A DNA stretch of 64,000 nt from the NCBI RefSeq assembly GCF_001194135.2, contig NC_068995.1, positions 40,295,915 through 40,359,914 on the forward strand, in the 5' to 3' direction. Both the position numbers and the translations under genes were made by a program. Below are positions 51,966 to 61,865 of this stretch, in pieces. Under the pieces are notes generated by a model. The model was not told where the DNA came from, made no database searches, and saw nothing but the letters and a program-made list of their open reading frames with translations. The DNA comes from Octopus bimaculoides (lineage: Eukaryota). The stretch's first letter is position 1. Every line of letters starts with the position of its first letter.

Positions 51966-54892
51966 ATTTCAGTATTGGTTTGTACAACTGTTAAATACAA
52001 AAAAGATGAAATGATGTCTCCACTAAAGAAATAAGTGTGTATGTGTGTGTGTGTGTGTGTGTATGTGTGTGTACACACACATGCATGTGTATCGTCATCA
52101 TCATTGTCATCAACAACACCACCATTATCAGTTAATGTTCATGTTCTAGGCTGACACATGCATTAGACTATATATATGTCACTCATGTCAGCATGGAAGG
52201 CAGATGTTAAACGATGATGATATATATATATATATATANNNNNNNNNNNNNNNNNNNNNNNNNNNNNNNNNNNNNNNNNNNNNNNNNNNNNNNNNNNNNN
52301 NNNNNNNNNNNNNNNNNNNNNNNNNNNNNNNNNNNNNNNNNNNNNNNNNNNNNNNNNNNNNNNNNNNNNNNNNNNNNNNNNNNNNNNNNNNNNNNNNNNN
52401 NNNNNNNNNNNNNNNNNNNNNNNNNNNNNNNNNNNNNNNNNNNNNNNNNNNNNNNNNNNNNNNNNNNNNNNNNNNNNNNNNNNNNNNNNNNNNNNNNNAT
52501 CTTATATCTACTTTTCCAGTGAAATTCTTCACTGATATCGAAAAGGTGAAAACAAGCAATGTTAATTCTCTAAATGAAGTATTAACAGTAACTGCACGAT
52601 AAAGTGTAGTATATTGCCACTTAAGTGTGGCTGACCCCTAGGGGTGGATGTTACTGTTGCTTTTAGCCCCAGGAGGACATCTCCTCCAGCTGGCTTATCG
52701 ACACACGACTGTGTCCTGTTTGCCAAGGGAAGTTATCCCTCTCACCATGATCTGTAGCACGAACGGATCCGGATTTCAGGGTTATTTCCCTTCGTCGGCG
52801 TTCGATAGCCACTGATCTTGGTGAGAGAGACAAAATCCTGGCAATCTTATATCTACTTACATCCCCTGCATTGTGCCTCCACTCTGTTGGAATACACTGC
52901 TTATATTCCAGTTAATTTTGGAAATAATGAAGAACTTAGTACAATAAATTTGTTGTTATTTAACTGGTTTTGGAATTTGAATTAAAATGAAAATTTGATG
53001 GAAGGTTTAAAGGTAATCCTCAGGTAGGTTGCTATCAAAACAGTTAAGCGTGTTACATTATGAAAGTTTCTATCATAAGCAAAATACACAAAATCTTGAT
53101 AGAGTTAAAGGAAGTTAATAAAATATTCATTGTGTTGTGCAACTAATACTTACACTTAATTAAAAGTAAATGATAGCAACCCTTAGGTTTCTTGTCTACA
53201 AACACATCCAGATTAGTGGTACATCAGTCACGCAATGGTCCACTCATAATGACTTCATCAGTCACAATGCTTGATTATGAATAATCTAGAACTTTTAGAA
53301 AATAGGATTGAAAAAAAGGATGCATCCGTGGTTTAATGTCATCATTAAATTGTAACATATGTGTGAGTGTGTATATGTACATGCATGTGTGTGTATATAC
53401 ATGCATATATATACATTTATACACATACATATTTGTGATACATAAAGCAATGTACATACAATAGGAAAAGAAAGAGAAAGAGAGAGGTAAACATAACAAC
53501 AATAATAAGGCTAAAATGCTGAACTTTGTTCCAGCAAGGTTAAAAGTTCAGCGAATAAGCCATCCATTATGTTGTACTTCAAGTGGTTAAAATACATCAA
53601 TCTGTTCTCACATCCCAACTCCTCTGATTTCTTGATCTCTAACATTGACACAAACCCACTAATTTGGGGGTTAAACTCCAGTTTCCAAGGGAAACAGTGA
53701 TGATCTGAATGACCGTCGATGCTGTCATTGTTTAACATCCATTTTCCATGATGGCATGGGTTGGACAGTTTAACAATCAGCCGGCCAGACTCCAAATGTC
53801 AGTTGTGGCATGGTTTCTATGGCTGGATGCCCTTCCTAACACCAACCACTTAACAGAGTGTGTTGCGTGCTTTTTATGTGCCACCGCCATGGGTGTGTTT
53901 ATGCAGCTCTGACATGGGTGCATTTATGCAGCACCAGCACAAGTGCATTTTATGTGGCACCAGCACCAGAAAAGACAAGCCTGTATGTGTGGAAGACAGC
54001 GATTTTACTTAGTTTGACGCATCTTATCAAGTACAGCAAATTGCTTCATCTCCCAGTCCCTTGTCATTTCTTCAGTGAGGCCCAATGTCCAAAGATTCTT
54101 TATCACCACTTCATCCCATGTCTTCTTTAGTCTACTCCCTTCCACAGCTACCCTCCACAATTACAGCTCAGCACTTTTTACACAGCAGTCCGCATCCATA
54201 TGCATCACATGACCAAATATGCACATCATCATCACCACAACCACAACCACCATGATGATGATGATAATGATGACAATGACGTTCCTCCTCCTCATCATCA
54301 TCATCATTATCATCAACATCATATCGTGTTGTAACTGATATAGTGTTCAAAGTCACAGCCATCTTCACATGACGTAAAGTGGCTGGAAATGAAACGTAAG
54401 AATATGTAGGGTAATGTGGACATTTTACACTTGCTGAGGTGCATGGTAGGCTCCTCAAATACTGGTGAGATAACATTAACCCAGTACATTCGTAAAACGG
54501 TTGATCCCAGAAAGGGCATCAGGTTATTGAAACTAAACCAAGAGTGAGATGTTTGAGTGAAAAGTGGTTCTCCAACCTGTCTAGGACAGTAGAAGTAATT
54601 CTAAATAAGAATTTAGACCAGGATGAACTATCTAACCCAGAGGTTCTCAACCATTTTTTTTTTTTTTATCTCTGGACCCCTTTGATTACTATTTTATTCT
54701 GGTGGCCCCCTTTAGCTATTCTATGCTTAAAAATTAGTTTTATAGAAACTTCTTTCAAAATTCCTATTTTGTTTCTTACATTTTAACTTTTATAGGGTGA
54801 ACTATGTAAAATGTTCTATAAACAAAAGTCTGTAGACTGGCTCGAAAGCGTTTCAGTTTAAAATTGTCAACAATTTCAGATCATGTAAACCA

Positions 54893-55063
54893 CTAGCTAG
54901 TCTTGAGTGGTCGATCCTAACCCCAACCCTTACCCTGTCCCTAACCCTAACCCGCGTGTGCAAATGAATACGTGTTTAGGGTTAGGGTTAGGATCGACCA
55001 CTCACGACTAGCTAGCGCGGACGCGCGACTGCGCGTTCGGGTCCGCGCTGCTTTAGTAGTACC
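54893..55063. mobile_element. Fold-back element T1 with CCCTAA/TTAGGG inner arms and a terminal GC-rich stem-loop
   Basis: Inverted repeat 54893-54922 / 54986-55015; nested hairpin gcgcggac...gtccgcgc at 55015-55048. Confidence 0.75.
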
Positions 55064-55115
55064 GGGAAAGTATATGTAGATAAACTAGATGGACGGTTTG
55101 GGAGTTCGATATTTC

Positions 55116-55267
55116 GGTAAATTTTCAGATTAACACCCGCACGATTTTCACTAGGGTGTTAGGGTCAGGGTTAGGGTTTTAGGGTTAGGAAATTCTGTCC
55201 CTAACCCTTAAACCCTAACCCTAAGACCCTAGTGAAAATCGTGCGGGTGTTAATCTGAAAATTTACC
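55116..55267. mobile_element. Fold-back element T2: perfect 42-bp inverted repeat enclosing TTAGGG/CCCTAA arms
   Basis: 55116-55157 is the exact reverse complement of 55226-55267. Confidence 0.8.
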
Positions 55268-56043
55268 TATTTTTTCCCCCAACGCTCTAATGATTCTGCC
55301 AACCTACTCCGCACTTGTCTACACTAGAAAATGTCAACAAACTACGTCCTCGTCGTTAAATACAGTTCCGCTTCAACGTAGCTTTGATTTTTTAGAGAAA
55401 AGGTCTGTAAACAGATCGAGTAAGGCATTGGATTAACAGAAATAGCAGAAGGCCAAACAAATGAAGATGATGATATGATGTTCATCATCATCATCCTCTT
55501 ATCCTTTGTTTTAGCGCAGTCTCGTAGCAAGGTAACCAACCATTTGATGGTTGAGTGAACTGGTAGAAATAACAGTTAAATCTCTTTCATATCACAAACA
55601 CATCATTTTAGAAAAAGAAACATTAGGTAACATTGTTCCGGGTTCCCTGCACACACGGAGACGGGATACTCACGGGTGGAAAGCCTTTCATTATGTCTGT
55701 TCGAACAAGATTGATTAGGCGCTAAACAACAAAGACTTTCACTAAAGATACAAACACCTGAAGTCGATAAAATAATAATACTAATAATAATAATAATATC
55801 GCCTGAGGTTTGCTTGTCGTCATCTCTATCAAATGTTCGATTTTCTATCAATACCAGAGAGAGAGAAAGCAATATCTAAAGTTGTTCGATTTTATGTGAG
55901 TAACGTGAAAGAGATCAATAACAAACAAACGATATATTATTGTTGTATTATTTGTCATGTGCCAATTAATGTTAAATTAGAAAAAAAACGATATAATCAA
56001 AAATGACAGAAGTCAATATTTAGGAAGTAAAATAACCAAGTAC

Positions 56044-56160
56044 CTGTATCAAACACCTAAATAATTAAATAATCCAACAGCGGTGGGAGATGAAGCCAAA
56101 AATCACAAACTTTCAAACAATCTTTATGAAAACAAAAATAAAAACCGCCATTTTTAGGGA
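56044..56160 (-). other. DIS3L: Probable non-coding first exon of DIS3L
   Basis: CAG|gtactt donor at 56043. YY1-type AAAATGGCGG (56154-56145) typical of 5' ends. Coding exon 1 has an acceptor that needs an upstream exon. Confidence 0.55.
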
Positions 56161-56380
56161 TTTCAGGAGAAGTAATTATATTTAGTTTAGTATTAAAATA
56201 TTACTTTCTAGTCTAGTGTCATTATTTTTTTAAATATACTATTTATATATGTTATTATATTATAATTAGTACTGAACGTATATATATATATATGTCTAGT
56301 TTTTGTTTCGAGATACGCAACTTATGATTTGTTTTATAACTGATTCTAATAACAATGGCGGGCTGCATGACTTAAAAAAG
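56140..56380. promoter_or_regulatory. Putative bidirectional promoter DIS3L/ANAPC11
   Basis: Divergent first exons about 200 bp apart. CCGCCATTTT at 56145-56154 and ACAATGGCGG at 56352-56361 face outwards around an AT-rich spacer. Confidence 0.6.
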
Positions 56381-56399
56381 ATGAAGGTGAAAGTAAAAA
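56381..56399 (+). CDS. ANAPC11: ANAPC11 coding exon 1 (MKVKVK + A)
   Basis: ATGAAGGTGAAAGTAAAAA|gtaagt; consensus donor at 56400, phase 1. Confidence 0.85.
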
Positions 56400-59300
56400 G
56401 TAAGTGTTTTATTTCGTTTTATTTTATTTTATAGAAATAGATGAATATATTTTGTGGGATTTGTATTGAGAAAATGAATTTACATTTAGAAGCCCAAAGC
56501 TGGAAATATTGCGTTATGAAGAATCATAAAGTAAAGAATTAGAATTTTCACTTTTTATTGAATTTTTTTTCTCTCTCTGATCCTAAATTCTGATTTTCGT
56601 TCACATTTATCATGTTTTACAAGGATTAGGGTCTCTTTTGTACATCCACTTGTCTCTACTCAGTTCAAGACACTTTTCTGTTTCCGCTGAAGTGGGACGT
56701 TAAATTAAAGCGATTTGCTGTTAACCGTTCTAACTTTCTTCTGTTGACACTTTTTTGAAGTCTTATATTTTCTGCCAGTTTTATCCACAGCTTCTGATTT
56801 CGTTGCACACTCAGTGACCTTAATTAAATATTATCATTCTTCTAAATACCTCTACCATGGTGCGTTTGTTGAAGGGAATTGTCAATATAAAGTTCCTCAC
56901 CCGTTAACGAAAACAAAAAAAACGCGGTCGATATAAAGATCTTCACCCGGGNNNNNNNNNNNNNNNNNNNNNNNNNNNNNNNNNNNNNNNNNNNNNNNNN
57001 NNNNACGGAATCCCATGTTTTTGGTTATGGAGGATCCGATTCTGAAAAAATTTGCAAAAATCGCATTTCCAAAATTTCAATTTTCCCCACCTTTATTTTT
57101 CACTTTGACCGGAAATGGGGCAAAATTGTGCCAAAACACTGGTGTCTCATGGTGTGCTGATGTCATTCAGAGCAGGCTATGTTGTTAATGCACAAAGTTT
57201 CTAAAGAGGAGTTTCTCTGGGACCAAAATAAAAAAAGACAGTTAATGCCTTTTCATATAAATGGTACATATTGTTATTTTATTCCAATACCACGTCAATG
57301 CATACATTGAAATATTTTCTCTTGGTCATTCAAATGTGCACTTTCTCTCCTTTACCATTCCTGTATCAGTGTATATTAACCTATCCTATCATTCAAACAT
57401 TAAGTCATACTTTCCTTTGATTGTCATCTATGATTATGAAATTTCTTTTCTGTATTACAGGGTGAGTAGCAGTTTGGTAAGAAAAAATGGTTTCCTGATC
57501 ACAAAATGAGTTTTTAATTTCTAAAGTTTCTCTATCCTGTGTGCCAAGAGGTAAGATTCAGGTATACCAAATCTAACTACATAACATTTAAATTCTGGCT
57601 GGAGTTATTTCGCTTTATTAATGAAGATTAGAGATGCTGATCTATAATTGTAGAGGGAACATGTAGAAGGGGTAGACCCAGGAAGACGTGGGACAAAGTG
57701 GTGAGAAAGGATTTACAGACGTTGGAACTCACAGAAGGGATTTCAGGGGACTGAGACTCCTGGCGGTTTGTTGTGCTTGAAAAGACATGCCAAGCTGTAT
57801 TAGTATTCCGATTACTCTGTTAATTGAGATGCTTTTTATTCACTTTGTTTTGAATTCATCATGCATTATGTTGCAGCTTTGTGATTTCGATGATGTGATT
57901 GCTTAGATTTAAAATGACATTGTAAAGAAGTGTGAGAGGCTGGATGCAGCCAGTTTGAATATAAAACAGGTAGAATGTTTTGGCCAGATATGGTCGGTTT
58001 AAATGCTAAAGGGTTTAAAATGTATAAGTTAAACAAGATTGCCAACCCTGTTGAGGAGGGCAGTAACTCCAGATGAACCCAACATGGAACATGCAAACTA
58101 TATCTGATTCCTTTTATACACAACTTTTCTCTTAGGTCACTCCCCACTGCATCATTTGTGCACACTGACATTACACATTCAGCAAAATATGCTTGTCTCA
58201 TTTCTTTGTCACTTTCACAAATCATCTGCATTCAGGGCCTTTGTAGCTTTACACTTCACACACACAAATGTCTTACAAATTGCTCTTCACTATGGGGAAG
58301 AGGCCCTTTCTTGCTAGCATAGGTAGTAGATTACTAGGTGTGACTGTGTGAATTTGAAGTCTGCTTCCCAACCACATGGTTTCAAGTTCAGTCCTACTGA
58401 ACAACACCTTGGGCAAGTGTCTTCCACTATAGTCCCAGACTGACCAAACCTTTGCAAGTAAATTTGGTAGATGGAAATGAAAGAAGCCCATTTTGTGTGG
58501 TTGTTTACATTTGTCCTCCTCGTCTGTCACAACAATTAGCGATGTTATTATCACTTGTCAGTGATTTGTCTATTTACATCATACCTTTGCAGATGTGTGG
58601 GTTAAGAGATCCCTTACTTGAAAAACAGATGAGCAACAGGAAGGGCATCTGGCTAAAAAAAACAGTACCTCAATTATAGATTCAGGTAACCCATGAAAGC
58701 ATGGAAAGATGGACATAATACAAACATTCTTTACCCTAGCTACTATGCTTTCAGAGCACCATCCCTCCCTCACCAATTAGGTCTCCTGGGTTACAAACAC
58801 ATTCTGAGCAAACCTTAATTCTCTTGTACACCTGACATATTTGAAGGCCACCTTTGCTGTTGTCTGTGATTCCACTACACCTTTTGTGTCCATTGTTAAC
58901 ATTAGGTACACTGTATGGAGTTTCTGCATAGTGAGTATGGCCATTTCCCGGACAGTGCCACAATCTTGTCTTCTTTTCTAATTGCCATAACATTTGTCTC
59001 GGCTATCTTCACTTTAACCCTTTAGCATTCAGATTACTCCAACAAATCTAGTAGTTATATATTCACATTGTTTTGAATTAATCATGCATTATACTTGTAG
59101 CTTCAAGGTTTCAATGTTGTGATTGTTTATTTTTGAAATGGTGTTGTAGAGTAGTTGTGAAAAGTTGGGTCTTGCTTGTTTGAACATAAAACAGGTAGAG
59201 TATTTAGGCCAATTATAGCTGGTTTAAATGCAAGGGGGTTAAGGCCCCTCGGCTCCAGGTTTTGCTTCTATATGTGGAACATGCTCATCAGCTCATCAGA

Positions 59301-60822
59301 GTTTAGCCAGTCTTAAATTCCTCTAATTAACTATGATTAATAGGTGAGGACTGAACCCTGAGGGATTCCTACCTGTATGCTAAATTTGTCACAGTGCTCA
59401 TTGTTGACTCTCACCTTGCTGATTGCCCCTTTACTTAGCTTTTACAATTTTCACAAGCCATTTATTAGCTTTTTTGGGGGCCACTATGACAATACTAGGG
59501 CCTCTCTTAAATACTTCTTCCAAGTCTATGAATGCTAGGTATAGAAGCTAACTTCTAGTTAAGTATTTTTCTTGCAGTTCTCCCACTAGGAAAAGGGTGT
59601 CAGTAGTATTTCTTGCTGGTATAAAGCCAAACTACATCTCATCCAGACTAGCCTTGTTCTGAATTAAATTTGCAATAATTCTTTCTGTAACTATCATATC
59701 CTGGTCAGCAATTAAATACCTTTATAATTTAATCTTTTTTGTACATCTCCTTTGTTCTTATAACAGTTTTTACAATAATACTGCTAAGCCAATCACCCAT
59801 TTATACTACCCGATTGATTATTCAAATTACTAAACCATATGCTACTCTGCCAGATATCTTGAACATTTCAGCAACTGTTTCTAACAGACGACCCATTCTC
59901 CACAACAGAAGTGTTAGGGCCACTCCTCCTGGTTAAGAAGATTGGCCTGCAGGAGTCCTGTGTTGGTGCTATGTTAAAAGCACCCAGCATATACTACAAA
60001 GTGGTTGGCATTGGGAAGGGAATCCAGCCGTAGAAACTAATCTAAATCAAGACTGGAACCTGGTACAGCTCTTCTGCTTATCAGCTTTGGTCAAACTGTC
60101 CAACCCATGCCAGCAGAGAAAACGGACGTTAGAGGAGGATGAAGAAGAAGAACCGGCTTTCTCTGCTTTCATATCCTTAATCGTCTTATCAAACCCTACT
60201 TTTGTCAACTTGAATGGCCGATCTCTTTGTTGAGCCAACTTTCTCGCTCCCTTGCTTTCTCCCCATTCACTGACCAGACACTAATATTTCCATTCCCCTA
60301 TTCAGAGTCAGTAAGACCAAGATTAGTATTACTCCCCTGTGTACACATCTCCCCAGTGACATTTTGATTCTTTCTTTCCCTCTTTGCCAAATATAACTGA
60401 TGCCTTCTTCCTTTCTCTTATAGCTATCTTTCGTCTTTTACTTCTGTCAGTCATTAGACTGTGGGCAAACTGGGGTACCATCTTGAAGAATCTTAGTTGA
60501 TCAAATTGACCCTGGTACTCTCTCTTTTTAAAACTGGTACTTATTCTATTAATTTCTTTTGCTGGACTGCTAAGTTGCAGAGACATAAACATCCCAACAC
60601 AGGTTGTCAAAGAGTGATGGGGGACAAATATAGAGAGAAAGACACACTCTACTGATTTATGTAAATAGTATTGACATATTTCTGATCTTTCTCATTGTTT
60701 CAGCTGGACGGCTGTAGCCACATGGCGATGGATTGCCAATGATGATAATTGTGGAATTTGTCGTATGGCATTTGATGGTTGCTGTCCTGATTGCAAACTT
60801 CCTGGCGATGACTGTCCCCTTG
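56381..60822 (+). CDS. ANAPC11: Anaphase-promoting complex subunit 11 (RING-H2), 5' part; exons 56381-56399, 57461 (1 nt) and 60704-60822; the rest lies beyond the window or in the gap
   Basis: Spliced product [46 protein letters not shown](V) closely matches APC11 (human [47 protein letters not shown]). Confidence 0.93.
57461..57461 (+). CDS. ANAPC11: ANAPC11 single-nucleotide exon (G; middle base of Ser7, AGC)
   Basis: atttcttttctgtattacAG|G|GTgagt: a polypyrimidine tract, YAG, one base and a consensus donor. It is needed to bridge phase 1 to phase 2. Confidence 0.8.
58030..60420 (-). mobile_element. Fragmented old RTE LINE with nested SINE/MITE insertions
   Basis: RT fragment at 59340-59760 ([45 protein letters not shown]); other RTE-like pieces at 58030-58240, 58750-59010 and 60300-60420. 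Confidence 0.6.
59018..59238. mobile_element. piggyBac-type MITE (TTAA|CCCTTTAGCATT...AATGCAAGGGGG|TTAA)
   Basis: TTAA flanks at 59014-17 and 59239-42. Family copies at 63239-63458 and 57820-58016, fragments near 9045-9090 and 47520-47590. Confidence 0.7.
60704..60822 (+). CDS. ANAPC11: ANAPC11 coding exon 3 (C + WTAVATW...GDDCPL + G)
   Basis: ctttctcattgtttcag acceptor, phase 2 start, G|gtgggt donor, 119 nt. Confidence 0.93.
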
Positions 60823-60869
60823 GTGGGTACCCTTATTTTATTACACCTAGTATTTTTTTTTTTTTAATA

Positions 60870-60912
<43 letters not shown>

Positions 60913-61804
60913 NNNNNNNNNNNNNNNNNNNNNNNNNNNNNNNNNNNNNNNNNNNNNNNNNNNNNNNNNNNNNNNNNNNNNNNNNNNNNNNNNNNNNNNN
61001 NNNNNNNNNNNNNNNNNNNNNNNNNNNNNNNNNNNNNNNNNNNNNNNNNNNNNNNNNNNNNNNNNNNNNNNNNNNNNNNNNNNNNNNNNNNNNNNNNNNN
61101 NNNNNNNNNNNNNNNNNNNNNNNNNNNNNNNNNNNNNNNNNNNNNNNNNNNNNNNNNNNNNNNNNNNNNNNNNNNNNNNNNNNNNNNNNNNNNNNNNNNN
61201 NNNNNNNNNNNNNNNNNNNNNNNNNNNNNNNNNNNNNNNNNNNNNNNNNNNNNNNNNNNNNNNNNNNNNNNNNNNNNNNNNNNNNNNNNNNNNNNNNNNN
61301 NNNNNNNNNNNNNNNNNNNNNNNNNNNNNNNNNNNNNNNNNNNNNNNNNNNNNNNNNNNNNNNNNNNNNNNNNNNNNNNNNNNNNNNNNNNNNNNNNNNN
61401 NNNNNNNNNNNNNNNNNNNNNNNNNNNNNNNNNNNNNNNNNNNNNNNNNNNNNNNNNNNNNNNNNNNNNNNNNNNNNNNNNNNNNNNNNNNNNNNNNNNN
61501 NNNNNNNNNNNNNNNNNNNNNNNNNNNNNNNNNNNNNNNNNNNNNNNNNNNNNNNNNNNNNNNNNNNNNNNNNNNNNNNNNNNNNNNNNNNNNNNNNNNN
61601 NNNNNNNNNNNNNNNNNNNNNNNNNNNNNNNNNNNNNNNNNNNNNNNNNNNNNNNNNNNNNNNNNNNNNNNNNNNNNNNNNNNNNNNNNNNNNNNNNNNN
61701 NNNNNNNNNNNNNNNNNNNNNNNNNNNNNNNNNNNNNNNNNNNNNNNNNNNNNNNNNNNNNNNNNNNNNNNNNNNNNNNNNNNNNNNNNNNNNNNNNNNN
61801 NNNN

Positions 61805-61865
<61 letters not shown>

